Below are positions 50,405-61,458 of a stretch of 64,000 nucleotides of DNA, piece after piece. The notes under the pieces were generated by a model. That model searched no databases. It saw nothing but the letters and a program-made list of their open reading frames with translations, and was not told the DNA's origin. How positions within the stretch are numbered: position 1 is the first letter of the stretch; each line of letters starts with the position of its first letter. Origin of the DNA: a virus (taxonomy: Duplodnaviria; Caudoviricetes); the IMG/VR virus record IMGVR_UViG_3300006133_000325; one strand, 5' to 3'. Position numbers and translations under genes: made by a program.

Positions 50405-51979
50405 ATGGGATTATATAGAAATGGTAGAAAAATTGCCGGAAATGGCAAATCCCCTTATGAAGCCGCTATATCTGGTGGATATATAGGAACTGAAAAACAA
50501 TTTTACGAAAGTTTAGGAAAATTAGATGAAGTAATGAATCTGCAAGAAGAAATCGAACATATCAAAAACACTTCTTTTAGTTCTATCTTTAAAGTCAAAA
50601 ATATCACATTAACTCCAGAATTATTTACCAACAATATATATACCATTCAAAATACACATGTTACAGAAGATTCTATTCTTATTACCTACTACTCTCCTAC
50701 TACTTTAGATACTGCCACAGAGCTACAATTAGTAGAAGAAAGTGTAGAAAATGGTATTAAATTTACTATCCAAAATCCACTTGAAACGTTTACCGTAGAA
50801 ATTGATGCTATTGTGGTGATGAATCTTGATGAAGCAAAAGATGATACTGAAAAACCGACTATTACTCCTGACAACATAGCAAATAATACGACGACTACTG
50901 TTGCTGGCTATGCTGCAGATGCAAGACAACTTAATCCTAATATTGATGGTAGTTATGCTAATACTGTTTCCAAACAGTTTTTACAAATGCAACAACAAAT
51001 TCAGGCATTGCAAAATTCATTAAATGGTTGTTCCTTTGAGATTATTGATGGAGTTCCTCATATTGTATGGGATGATGAAGGTGGTGGAAATACATCAACT
51101 CCAGATTCAACAATTACGATTACAAATCAGCCTGCTGGAACTAATGTGTATGTTGGTGAAAGCTTTCATTTGTCTGTAGAAGCCAACAGTTCGTCCGAAT
51201 TATCTTATCAGTGGAGGTATAGAGCTAATGATAGTGATGAATGGACAAATAGCACGAATCCAACTGCCAAAACAGCTAATTTTACTTCTGCTATAACTTC
51301 TGAAGTCGGGACAAATCAATGGCAATGTGTCATTAGTAATAACGATAAGACTATGACAACAGATATTGTTATGATAGAAGTAAGGGAAATTCCTTCTATT
51401 ACTATTACTGCTCAACCAGTAAGTACCTTATCTGTAGAAGCTGAAAGCAATATCTCAATATCTCTTCAAGCCAATAGCGAATTATCACTATCCTATCAAT
51501 GGCAGAAAAGTATAGACAATTCTATTTACTCTGATATATCTAACGCAACTTCCTCTTCTTATACTGGGGAAGTTAGTAGTAATATAGGGAAAGAATATTA
51601 TAGATGCAAAATAAATAACACTAAGGAAGAAATATATAGTGAAATATGTGAAGTAAGTATTATAACCCCTTCCTCATACCAATTAGTTTCATTTACTCCA
51701 ACTTCAGCAAAAGTTGGGGAAACAACCAATTTTAATGTGGTAATTAAACCAGCAATAACAGGACATTTATGTTTAAATACAGATGCTCCTTCAGATCATT
51801 ATTTTCTTTTTATGCAAGGCGCTGTAACTAATGGGAAAGGAAGTCTAACTTGTACTTTTGAACAAAAAGATGTTTATACTGTTGATCCTGCTGGATCTAG
51901 GTCAAATTTTTCTCCAGATGACGGGCAACATATAGCATATCCGGTAACAGGAAATAAGGTTTTAATAACAGTAAGTTAA
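50405..51979 (+). CDS. Virion protein with Ig-like domains
   Basis: GKSPYEAA...GGYIGTE N-terminus; two ITxQP...LSYQW...C Ig repeats. Confidence 0.65.
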   Translation: MGLYRNGRKIAGNGKSPYEAAISGGYIGTEKQFYESLGKLDEVMNLQEEIEHIKNTSFSSIFKVKNITLTPELFTNNIYTIQNTHVTEDSILITYYSPTTLDTATELQLVEESVENGIKFTIQNPLETFTVEIDAIVVMNLDEAKDDTEKPTITPDNIANNTTTTVAGYAADARQLNPNIDGSYANTVSKQFLQMQQQIQALQNSLNGCSFEIIDGVPHIVWDDEGGGNTSTPDSTITITNQPAGTNVYVGESFHLSVEANSSSELSYQWRYRANDSDEWTNSTNPTAKTANFTSAITSEVGTNQWQCVISNNDKTMTTDIVMIEVREIPSITITAQPVSTLSVEAESNISISLQANSELSLSYQWQKSIDNSIYSDISNATSSSYTGEVSSNIGKEYYRCKINNTKEEIYSEICEVSIITPSSYQLVSFTPTSAKVGETTNFNVVIKPAITGHLCLNTDAPSDHYFLFMQGAVTNGKGSLTCTFEQKDVYTVDPAGSRSNFSPDDGQHIAYPVTGNKVLITVS

Positions 51980-52132
51980 TTCTCCATCAATGAAATTCTA
52001 TTTAGTATAATCCGTAGTAACAACATTTATACATTGAAGGGTCATAGAGATTGAAAATGAAAAAATACAAAACAATAAAAAACTACTTAGCTAGTTGTCA
52101 ATGTAATAACAATATTAAAGCGAGGTGAATAT

Positions 52133-52972
52133 ATGCGCGGAAAAAATAATATTGTCCCATTACCAGGATTTAATACATCTGATGCCACTGCTACAGCAGA
52201 TAAAATTCTATCTTCATATACCGCTTATGGTGGCAACGGAAAAATAACTGGAACAATGCCTGATAATGGAGAAACTAACCATACCCTTCCCATTAACGGA
52301 AGTTATACGATACCTAAAGGATATCATAACGGAAGCGGCAGAATATCACAATCTGTTACTACAAAATCTGCTGAAACTTATACTCCAACCACGAGCAATC
52401 AAACTATTGCCGCAGGAAGATATTTGAGCGGCGACCAAATTATTAAAGGGGATAATAATTTAGTAGCTGGAAATATTAAAAAAGGGATTAGTATTTTTGG
52501 AGTAAATGGTAGTTATAATCTTTCAATAAGCGATGCCAAAGTTTTATCTGGTATGTCCCAGACAAGTTTCACATCCATCTCTCTTGCAAATAATTCTAGC
52601 AGAACTTTTACTCTTGAAGAAAAAATATCTACAATGCAGCAATATTTAATAAGTCCAGAAACTTTATATCTTGGTATATGGGGAGACTTAGAAGGAAGTG
52701 ATAGCATTATTTCATTTTCATCTTCACCATTAAATGATATTGATTTGCCTTCAATATGGCAATTTTTTACTCCTGGAGGGTATCTTAATGGTGATTGGTC
52801 TGGCGATAAAAGCTATAATATGCGTCTATATACTGATAGAGAAGCTAATCTTTTTGGATGTTATCTAAAATTAACATTATTATCGGATAGTCAAATCAAA
52901 GTAGAAAATAAAACTGGACATATCATCAAAAAGTTAATGTTTAACGTTTATAGTGTAGACTTTAAAATTTAA
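52133..52972 (+). CDS. Tail fibre protein
   Basis: DATATADKIL...IPKGYHNGSG...NIKKGISIFGVNG clostridial fibre repeats. Confidence 0.65.
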   Translation: MRGKNNIVPLPGFNTSDATATADKILSSYTAYGGNGKITGTMPDNGETNHTLPINGSYTIPKGYHNGSGRISQSVTTKSAETYTPTTSNQTIAAGRYLSGDQIIKGDNNLVAGNIKKGISIFGVNGSYNLSISDAKVLSGMSQTSFTSISLANNSSRTFTLEEKISTMQQYLISPETLYLGIWGDLEGSDSIISFSSSPLNDIDLPSIWQFFTPGGYLNGDWSGDKSYNMRLYTDREANLFGCYLKLTLLSDSQIKVENKTGHIIKKLMFNVYSVDFKI

Positions 52973-53004
52973 AAGGACTCTAGTTTTTCAACTAAGTCCT
53001 TTTT
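52971..53004. terminator. Bidirectional terminator between convergent genes
   Basis: AAAAGGACT...AGTCCTTTTT. Confidence 0.65.
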
Positions 53005-53017
53005 CATTACAATATTT

Positions 53018-54694
53018 TTATCTTCCATTTATCCTTGCTAAATTTGAATAATATAGTTGATTTTCTCTGTCCATTTCTGCTTTTTCATAAGTCTCTACTA
53101 ATTTCTCCAAATTCGAAATTTCTTCACTTGCATAATAACTTGCTTCTAATTCATCCAATTCCTTTTGTGCTGCTTCCATTTTTGATTTTTCTATTCGAGT
53201 TTGCTTCTTTGCATCCTCGGAATTATCACCAGACAATGCTACGATTCTTTTTTGACATTGTGTAATAATTTTTAATAAATCTGAACGTCTATTTCTATAA
53301 GATTCTTCTGTCCCATAATATGGAGTAGTATTCCTACGGATTTCTGCTATTTTTTGATCGGTATCCCTTCTCATATCTGCCACCTTCAACCGAATATCAG
53401 AGAGTGCTTTTTGATGACGTGCCTCTTCTTCTGCTACTGTCATAGTTACTTCTGGTATAGTTGTTGTACCAGTATTAACAGGAGGTATAATATTTGTGTT
53501 TGTTGGTGGTATTTGATTATTAGAGGTTGTATTTCCTAAAACTATTGCCTTACACGTATAAGTAACTCCGTTTAATGTGGCAAATATCTTACAATCCCCT
53601 TGCGAAACCCCAATTATATTAGCAGAATTACCATTAGTTGATAATATGGTTGCAACGGTTGGGTCACTCGTTTTCCAAATAATATTTTGTGATGGATCGG
53701 TTGCATATAAGGAAATCTCACTTATTATATTGCTAGAGTCTAGGTGTATGACAATAGTTTTTGAAGTTAGAAACGGATCTAATACCGCAATTTCTACCTC
53801 GCAGGTTTTATCTCCTATTTTTGCAGAGATTTTAGAGCCTCCCATAGAGATACCTGTCACTACTCCATCAGAAGAGATACTTGCTATAGATGGCTTTTCA
53901 GAACTCCAAAAAACTTCGATGTCAGATGAAACATCTGGACTCCATATAAGATTATTCTTTTCATCCACCACTGACAATTGACACCTGGCGCCTGGTGAAA
54001 TAGTAAATTGAGTTGCAGCAATGCGAAGTTTCACATTTTTTAGTTTATCATCAACATCTGTTTCTGCTACTTTGTTTTCATTAACTTCAGAGTTTTGGCT
54101 ATTATCTTCTTGCTCTTCCTCCGTATCATCATTATCTTTTATTTCAATTGCTTCTCCTGATACTGTAATATCACAACTGTAATTTTTCTTACCTACTTTG
54201 GCAGTTATGATTGTTTCTCCTTCTTCAAGGGCTGTAACAACACCATTTTTTGAAACTATAGCAACAGATTTATTAGATGTTGTCCATTTGACACTTTGCT
54301 TCGTATCTTTTAATTTCAAAGTAATCGTATCACCTGTCTCTAAAACTGCCGATTTTTTACTAAGAGTTGGTGTCTCTACAATTACTTTACATACATATTT
54401 TTTGCCATCTACTGTTGCTGTTACTTTTGCATTTCCCTTTTTTACCCCTTTTACTCTACCTTTAGAAGTAACAGTTGCTATTTTTTTATTGCTAGTACTC
54501 CATTTTACCTTCTTTTTCGTTCCTGAAATTTCAAGCTGCGCGGTTTGACCCTTTGTTATATATAAAGTTTTTTTATTCAACTTTATTTTTGAAGCCGCCT
54601 CTGCTGTAATCTTTTGTTCCATTGCTGGAAAATTATAAAAGATAGTTTGCAATAAAGCGAAACACAACATTAATAATACTACTTTTTTCTTCAT
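53018..54694 (-). CDS. Exported Big_2 Ig-repeat protein with TMP-like C-terminal coiled coil
   Basis: Signal peptide ending AEA; four WxSS/TS..A Big_2 repeats; own promoter and GGGAGG RBS. Confidence 0.8.
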   Translation of the reverse strand: MKKKVVLLMLCFALLQTIFYNFPAMEQKITAEAASKIKLNKKTLYITKGQTAQLEISGTKKKVKWSTSNKKIATVTSKGRVKGVKKGNAKVTATVDGKKYVCKVIVETPTLSKKSAVLETGDTITLKLKDTKQSVKWTTSNKSVAIVSKNGVVTALEEGETIITAKVGKKNYSCDITVSGEAIEIKDNDDTEEEQEDNSQNSEVNENKVAETDVDDKLKNVKLRIAATQFTISPGARCQLSVVDEKNNLIWSPDVSSDIEVFWSSEKPSIASISSDGVVTGISMGGSKISAKIGDKTCEVEIAVLDPFLTSKTIVIHLDSSNIISEISLYATDPSQNIIWKTSDPTVATILSTNGNSANIIGVSQGDCKIFATLNGVTYTCKAIVLGNTTSNNQIPPTNTNIIPPVNTGTTTIPEVTMTVAEEEARHQKALSDIRLKVADMRRDTDQKIAEIRRNTTPYYGTEESYRNRRSDLLKIITQCQKRIVALSGDNSEDAKKQTRIEKSKMEAAQKELDELEASYYASEEISNLEKLVETYEKAEMDRENQLYYSNLARINGR

Positions 54695-54849
54695 AAAAAA
54701 TTCCCTCCCAAATAATATTAAATTTATTTTATTCCTTATTTTATATAAAGTCAATATAGAAACCATATATTGTATGAAATCCTATTGACTTTTTTCATCG
54801 GATTAAGTAAACTTTTATTATTATTATTATTAAAAAAGGGGGACTTCTT

Positions 54850-55989
54850 ATGAAGAAAAGAAAACATATTTTAGGGTTGTTGCTTATTGTAGCAATGCTA
54901 CTTTCTCTTCTACCCTATCAAAGAGCGGAAGCTGCCGCTAAAAAGTATCTTGTTATCTCTTATGATGATGGGAACTATTGGGGATATCATGATATGGTAG
55001 AAAGAACCTCTGATGGGGCTTTAATGATTCCAGCAAAAAAATTTGCAGATAATTTCTGGTTGGAGTATAAAAATCTTGGAAACGGGAATTTTACTCTTAC
55101 CGACAAAGAAACTGGAGCAACCTGTACCTATCAAAGAGGAGCAAAAGAATATTCTTATACAAAATATTTTTTTGCAAGTTTGTCTAAAAGGCAAAATAAC
55201 ACAGCGAAATATGCTCCAATGCTTAGTAATAAAACAAATATGATTCATTGTAGTGCTGTTTCTCCTTTGTTTTATTGTAAGTATTTTTCTGCTTCTACTG
55301 CAACAGAATACAAAGCAAAAGGTTATTCTGGAGTTCTTTTATATTCAAAATATCCATTATCCGATTCTGACCTTCCTCCAATTTCTTATATTGAAAATGC
55401 AGAGGAGTTAGGTTTAATCGAAAAAGAGGATATCAAAGATCCATCTGAAAATGACACCGATGACAAAAAGGAACCTACTCTCGGCGAAATTATTGATTCA
55501 AATTTAGACGCACTAAAAACATATATTATGACATATGGCGGCACTAACAAGAATGGAGACAAAATTATAAATTATTATTATAGAGATGTTCTTCCAGACG
55601 GAGATGTATCAGAATCAGCTTGCGCAATAGCCTTAAATGAATCCAATGGCGAAATGACGTTTATATACAGAAATACATTAGATAACGTCGAATCTGCCAT
55701 AACATTTATTTTAAACCCAACAAACTCAGCTACTAAAACAACAGTTAATTGTGTATTGGCAGATATGGAATACGGGCTAGGATTTAGCGCAAATTCGCAA
55801 ATGTATATTGCATCATATAATGAGGAAGACTTATATTTTGTTAAGGAACAAAGCATTTATATGACAGACGACACAATAAACAAATTAGCAAACATAAACT
55901 TAAAGCTCGCTATAAACCTACTAAATATAATGCTTTATGATAAAATTGGTCTAACATTGCCAGACATCGGTTTTTTATTATATGAATAG
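54850..55989 (+). CDS. Exported hypothetical protein
   Basis: Signal peptide ending AEA; divergent from the Ig gene; own promoter and terminator (55998-56034). Confidence 0.7.
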   Translation: MKKRKHILGLLLIVAMLLSLLPYQRAEAAAKKYLVISYDDGNYWGYHDMVERTSDGALMIPAKKFADNFWLEYKNLGNGNFTLTDKETGATCTYQRGAKEYSYTKYFFASLSKRQNNTAKYAPMLSNKTNMIHCSAVSPLFYCKYFSASTATEYKAKGYSGVLLYSKYPLSDSDLPPISYIENAEELGLIEKEDIKDPSENDTDDKKEPTLGEIIDSNLDALKTYIMTYGGTNKNGDKIINYYYRDVLPDGDVSESACAIALNESNGEMTFIYRNTLDNVESAITFILNPTNSATKTTVNCVLADMEYGLGFSANSQMYIASYNEEDLYFVKEQSIYMTDDTINKLANINLKLAINLLNIMLYDKIGLTLPDIGFLLYE

Positions 55990-56052
55990 AGAAACTATCC
56001 CTCATCGTAAAAGGTATATGCGATGGGGGATTTTGTATTTTTCAAAAGGTAG

Positions 56053-56619
56053 GTGATTCCCATTCAAACAATACTAAAACTAACAGAAAACAAACGTTTA
56101 ACCAAAACAACCGAATCTAACATTTATGAGGGAGAGAATCTAGCGGATTCCCTCCTTTTCTTATTCCCTCCAGAGTATAACAGCCACCCTATTCAGGAGT
56201 ACAGTGTCAGTTTGCATTGGTATAATGCAAACAGCGAAGGCAACGTTCATCTTTTTGAATTTGAAGAGGAATTATATGGGGAAGAATACGTCCAATCTAT
56301 GGTAAATATCACAGACATCTTTACATCTACAGTAGGAAAAATAACCTTATGGATTGAACTATCTGATGTAAATACTGGTCTACTACTGAAAAGCGATGAA
56401 ACTACCCTTTTAATACAACCTCATAGTGATAGCGCAGAGCATATGCCAGAAACCGTACCGCAGATTTTCAACGAATATAAAGTCCAAATGGAACAGCTTA
56501 TCAATACTGCTACTATCATTCAGGACAAAATCACTGAAACAGAAGCGCGACTAGATGAAAAAATTGCAGTCGTCATGGCAATGATGGAGGAATGGGAGGG
56601 AAAATATGGAACTAATTAA
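56053..56619 (+). CDS. BppU-like tail-associated protein
   Basis: IYEGENLADSLLF N-terminal domain and coiled coil. Confidence 0.5.
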   Translation: MIPIQTILKLTENKRLTKTTESNIYEGENLADSLLFLFPPEYNSHPIQEYSVSLHWYNANSEGNVHLFEFEEELYGEEYVQSMVNITDIFTSTVGKITLWIELSDVNTGLLLKSDETTLLIQPHSDSAEHMPETVPQIFNEYKVQMEQLINTATIIQDKITETEARLDEKIAVVMAMMEEWEGKYGTN

Positions 56620-58531
56620 ATATAAAGAAAAATTGGCTGACCTAACTGCCAAAAATCCAGAGTTGGGAGAAGCTGCAGCAATGCTTATGTCACGTTCCAT
56701 CCAAGCTGGTACAAAAATCAATGAACTGGACTACAATGAAGAACCTCCTGAAAAACTATGTTTTCAAATTTTCAATCGTACCATTACGATTGATACTACT
56801 ATCAAACATATCGTCGTACAAGGTGATACTAATAGCCGCAGAATTACGTTTGAATTATCAAGATATTTTGACGAAATCGATCTTTCTACTAAGCAAATGC
56901 GAATATATTATATTAATGCCGAAAAGAAATTTGGCACTACCCCCATTGAATCCTTTTCCATTTCAGAAGAAGATGAATCCAGACTGTTTGTAACCTGGTT
57001 GGTAGAGGGAGGGCTTACTACTACTGCTGGAGATATTGCCTTTGCACTTGATTTTTACGAAGTAGATACAGACGATTTTATCATTTATCGTTGGCAGACT
57101 ACAGCAGCACATTTCAATGTAGCAAAAGCGATTAGTGCCTTGGAAGGTGCGACGGAGCCGGATTATCGCTATCAAATTGATTTCATCAGTGAATTTGAAG
57201 GCTACGAAGATTACGAAGAGTTACAGGCGGAACTTGGAGTAGAAATTGAAGATAGAGTTGTCATTATGCCTTCTGTAGAAAATCTTGTAATTCAATTAGA
57301 TACCATGTCTAGGGGTATTGAATATACCATGCCACGCTATTTCGACGGAATGGATATGTCTACTAAAACTATCATTATTCAATATATCAATGCGGCTGGG
57401 CAAACGGATTGCGCATTTGCTGCAAACGTGAAAGTCAAAACAGATACGATATCCTTTACTTGGATTATTGATGGAAAGGTGACAATCAAGCCTGGAATGG
57501 TGACATATAATATCGCTTTTATTGGCTATCATCAAAACGGAAAATTTTACAACTGGCAGACTGCTCTTAGCTACATTTTTGTAAAAGACGGAATCCTTGT
57601 AACAGATGGAATTGATGAACCCTGTCCAAGCTGGCTGCATTCTTTACAGATACAAATTGATAGTGTCGTGAAAAAAAGCATATATTATCTCAACCAAACT
57701 ATTCTGATGAATGAACAAATCCAGGAAGAAATCCTACAAGTAGGGGAACGAATTGAAGAATTGTCAAAGCTAACAGATGGCATTACCGCTGATCTTTCCA
57801 CTCAAATCGAAGAAGTGAAAAAGGCAACCGAAAACGCAATTGCAGTTACAGAAGCTGCCACAGAAAAATTAAATGATATGGAAAAATTATATAATTCCAT
57901 TATGCAAAATACTTTAAGCACGATTGAAATAAAAATGGAAACTACGACTGACATCAAGCAGGAGTATGGAAATACCGTTGTAGGAAATGTCGTATCTTGG
58001 AGCTTTAATCCTAGCTTTACTCCAGCCTCACAGGAATTGAATGGAGAAATGATTGATTCTTCTGCCACTTCTTTTGAGGATCTGACTATTATAAATGAAG
58101 ATAAAAATTATGTGCTGGTAGTAAAAGATGCTATTAGAACCTTATCTGCCAAAATTGGGATAAAATTTTATCACTCGATCCGTTGGTGTACTGCAGCGCA
58201 ACCATCTGATGTTGCTATTGCAGATGGTTCCTTCCTTTCCGCTATGGATTTTTCTTTACAGGACAATGTAAGGACTATCCTATCCGTCCATGCAAATGAT
58301 GGGGAATATATTTGGTTTGCCTGTCCACATGATATTTCTGCTGGAACACAATTCTACTTCTCTTCCGTTGCTGGTGGATTCAGCTTATATAAAGAAGCTT
58401 TCTCATATGAAAATCAGTATGGATATACTACCACATATGACCTATATAGAAGTGATAATCACTCACTTGGCAATGTTATTGTTCGGATTGGAAATATCTT
58501 ATATGGAAAGGATGGTGTCACTCATGGCTAA
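56606..58531 (+). CDS. Tail-associated protein with two BppU-like domains
   Basis: Repeated QxDTxSR..RYFD..D.STK...YINA...WQT. Confidence 0.6.
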   Translation: MELIKYKEKLADLTAKNPELGEAAAMLMSRSIQAGTKINELDYNEEPPEKLCFQIFNRTITIDTTIKHIVVQGDTNSRRITFELSRYFDEIDLSTKQMRIYYINAEKKFGTTPIESFSISEEDESRLFVTWLVEGGLTTTAGDIAFALDFYEVDTDDFIIYRWQTTAAHFNVAKAISALEGATEPDYRYQIDFISEFEGYEDYEELQAELGVEIEDRVVIMPSVENLVIQLDTMSRGIEYTMPRYFDGMDMSTKTIIIQYINAAGQTDCAFAANVKVKTDTISFTWIIDGKVTIKPGMVTYNIAFIGYHQNGKFYNWQTALSYIFVKDGILVTDGIDEPCPSWLHSLQIQIDSVVKKSIYYLNQTILMNEQIQEEILQVGERIEELSKLTDGITADLSTQIEEVKKATENAIAVTEAATEKLNDMEKLYNSIMQNTLSTIEIKMETTTDIKQEYGNTVVGNVVSWSFNPSFTPASQELNGEMIDSSATSFEDLTIINEDKNYVLVVKDAIRTLSAKIGIKFYHSIRWCTAAQPSDVAIADGSFLSAMDFSLQDNVRTILSVHANDGEYIWFACPHDISAGTQFYFSSVAGGFSLYKEAFSYENQYGYTTTYDLYRSDNHSLGNVIVRIGNILYGKDGVTHG

Positions 58532-59843
58532 AATACGATTAGCACAAGAAATTGTGCCTGCTAGCGATGGTTTTGCCCTTGTGGATGCTGAAAATATTCG
58601 CGGCGGAATCCATTCCTTTAAAACATGGGAAGAAGTAAAAATGTTAAAAGAAGACTTCCGAAAAATAGGAATGTTAATTTTTATTGAATCAGAAGAAACT
58701 TATTACAAACTACTTCCTTCTGGAGAATTTGAAGTTATCACAGATATAGATGGTGCCGTCCAGGAAGCTATTAAGGGAGTTGTAAAGTTTGAGGATATCA
58801 CGGCTGGCGATAACATTATTTTAGACAAGACAGATAACAAATTAGTGATTGGAGCTATTGTAGATGGAGATTTACCTGCCAATAAAGTATTTTGTGAAGA
58901 GGTTATTGATATCACAGAAGAATTACCACAGGTTAATATTACAACGACCAATAACCCATCCTTAATGAAAAACAAACAAGATGTAACAGACAATGAACTC
59001 ACTACTGAGGATAAAACAATCGTCGGTGCAATCAATGAGGTGTATCATGGAATGAAAGAAAAAGAACGAGAGGCTATTGCTACAAATATTGGAAGTCCTG
59101 CTTCTAGCCAAAACACAGCTTATGAATTGTCTAATCATATTTTAGCTTGTAATATCAACGCAGCAAATTCCTTGCGTGCAAATGGAGTTGAGATTACAGG
59201 AAACCCACCAACCTACTATGAAATTGTCGCTGCTATGCAAAAAGAATTTGGAATAGGTGGCGGGGATGGTAATGGTGGTTCTTCTTCTGAAAGTGGAAAA
59301 TACGGACGTATGTGGTCGAAAACCGTCAATACTATCACAGGTGATTGGCTTAGTTATTATTTTCAACTTTTTGGAAATGGATATACAACTACAGAGTGTA
59401 AAAACCATGCTACTGCAAACTCTCTTCCAAAAGGAGAATTTCGTATTGCCGTACCAGAACTATTTGATAATATCCTCATTACTGGTGAAATGTATATGGG
59501 AAGCGCAAGTTATGGAAGGTATTGGGAAAATAATACCTATAGTAAATATGTAAAGGATTTTTATTTATTCTTTTTGAAAGCCCCTGCCAGATTCGCAGAT
59601 AGTATGTCTGATATCAAAGACGGTCGATACGCGTTCCTTCTTACTACGAACAGCGATCCCGACTATGACAAGTTAGGAGCTACTTATAAAACTGTTAGCA
59701 CCTTAACCATTAAAACAGGCTATATGATTTCTTATGTCAGCCAAAATAATCAGCATTATGTATCTTATGAATTGAATGGTTCTACTAATTTTTCTCAATA
59801 TTGGGATTCCTATTGTAAAAATATCTATGGCTGGAACAACTAA
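58524..59843 (+). CDS. Tail fibre protein
   Basis: LTTEDKTIVGAINEV motif; aromatic-rich C-terminal domain. Confidence 0.6.
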   Translation: MAKIRLAQEIVPASDGFALVDAENIRGGIHSFKTWEEVKMLKEDFRKIGMLIFIESEETYYKLLPSGEFEVITDIDGAVQEAIKGVVKFEDITAGDNIILDKTDNKLVIGAIVDGDLPANKVFCEEVIDITEELPQVNITTTNNPSLMKNKQDVTDNELTTEDKTIVGAINEVYHGMKEKEREAIATNIGSPASSQNTAYELSNHILACNINAANSLRANGVEITGNPPTYYEIVAAMQKEFGIGGGDGNGGSSSESGKYGRMWSKTVNTITGDWLSYYFQLFGNGYTTTECKNHATANSLPKGEFRIAVPELFDNILITGEMYMGSASYGRYWENNTYSKYVKDFYLFFLKAPARFADSMSDIKDGRYAFLLTTNSDPDYDKLGATYKTVSTLTIKTGYMISYVSQNNQHYVSYELNGSTNFSQYWDSYCKNIYGWNN

Positions 59844-59859
59844 GGTGGTGATATGAAAT

Positions 59860-61458
59860 ATGATGAATTATGATAGTTTATTTACAGATTCAGAGGATAC
59901 GTTACAAAAAATCGAAAAAATGGCAATATTAAAAGATGGGGAGGGAAGCTTTTTCTTCCCTGTCACTTGTACGGCTGGAATTTATGATATGGAAGGGATT
60001 ACTCTTGCAGAACGCCTCAAACGATTGCACGATTTAGCAGCACAACGGCAAATTGTAGTATTGGAAGACAGTACATATGATAAAACGTCACTTCTCTCCT
60101 ATCTTCAATCTATTCTATCAGATCAAGATTTAACAGGAGATTCACTGGCTTATGTTCGATTGAGCAACGCAGAAACTATATTGTTTCATGGAATTGTAAA
60201 TGCCGATGTGATTGTTTTCAAATTCCATGACAGGTTATTTATCTGGCTTATAGATGTTTCTACGGGAAAAAGATATCATGCCAATATAGATAACGCAAGC
60301 ATTACTATTGGATGGCAGGAAGAAGTAACGTATTCGATTGACTTAGAAGAAGAACAGAAATATGTTACAAAAGGATATGTTGATAGTCAATTAAACGAGC
60401 TTACTGATATGATCAATGAGGATATCAAGAAAACGATTGATTCTATATCTACAGAATTATCAAAAGTTCGCATTGATATGTTGCAGGAAATAGATCGGAT
60501 AATTAAGGCACAAAATGAGTTAAATAAAAATACCTATGTATCACAAACTTATTTTAATGCAGAACTTGAGAAAATCAAAGAAGAAATAAACGGTTCTATT
60601 GATGTTAAGAATCTAGAAAAGATAGTTGGAAATCCAGAGAATTTAGAAACAACAGATAAGTCTTGTTTGGTGAGTGCTATCAATGAGGTTTTTCAGTCTG
60701 GCAATAATTTCAAAAGTAGCATCAGGGATACAATTATTGCCAAGGATGAATCTATTATAATTCCTGAAAAACCAACTCTGAATGATTTGACTAGTTCAAT
60801 TGAAAAGCTAAAACCTAGTACCTATGCAAATGATGCTACGGCTATTGCAGAAGATATTTTAACTGGGAAAAGCGCCTATACTGGGGATGGATTAGTTGAA
60901 GGAGTTATGCCTGTTAATGAATTGAGTGGTACTACTATTACTCCAGGGACAGCAAATATTATTATACCCAAGGGATATAGCAGTGAAAATATTACAGTTG
61001 CTGGCGACGCTGATTTGATTGCGGAAAATATTATGAAGGGGAAGGATATATTTGGAGTAATGGGAACACTGGCAGCGAGTAGTGGTATGCAGATGGCTAG
61101 TGGAAGTATAAATAATATAATAAATATAAATACAATTAGAAATCCATCTAATACATCATTTACTATTCCTATAAACTTATCTTTTAATCCTTCTTATGTA
61201 TTTTTAGAAATAAGCGATTTCAGAATACAAACCAATACAGCTTCAACTTGGATTGGTTTGTCTGGATATTCTTTTTTCATTAGTAATTTAAAAAATACAA
61301 ATATACATAGAATATCATCTTCTAGTTCTTGTTGTCTATATTTTAAATTTAATTCTATATCTTCATCAAGAATTATTATAGATTTAGTCTTTTATCACTA
61401 TATAAATAGTTATTATTATCTTAGAACTAATTCTAATTGGTATGCTTTTGGATATTAA
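59860..61458 (+). CDS. Tail fibre protein with variable-looking C-terminus
   Basis: LETTDKSCLVSAINEVFQSG, DATAIAEDILTGK, NIMKGKDIFGV; N/S/I/Y-rich tip ending WYAFGY. Confidence 0.65.
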   Translation: MMNYDSLFTDSEDTLQKIEKMAILKDGEGSFFFPVTCTAGIYDMEGITLAERLKRLHDLAAQRQIVVLEDSTYDKTSLLSYLQSILSDQDLTGDSLAYVRLSNAETILFHGIVNADVIVFKFHDRLFIWLIDVSTGKRYHANIDNASITIGWQEEVTYSIDLEEEQKYVTKGYVDSQLNELTDMINEDIKKTIDSISTELSKVRIDMLQEIDRIIKAQNELNKNTYVSQTYFNAELEKIKEEINGSIDVKNLEKIVGNPENLETTDKSCLVSAINEVFQSGNNFKSSIRDTIIAKDESIIIPEKPTLNDLTSSIEKLKPSTYANDATAIAEDILTGKSAYTGDGLVEGVMPVNELSGTTITPGTANIIIPKGYSSENITVAGDADLIAENIMKGKDIFGVMGTLAASSGMQMASGSINNIININTIRNPSNTSFTIPINLSFNPSYVFLEISDFRIQTNTASTWIGLSGYSFFISNLKNTNIHRISSSSSCCLYFKFNSISSSRIIIDLVFYHYINSYYYLRTNSNWYAFGY

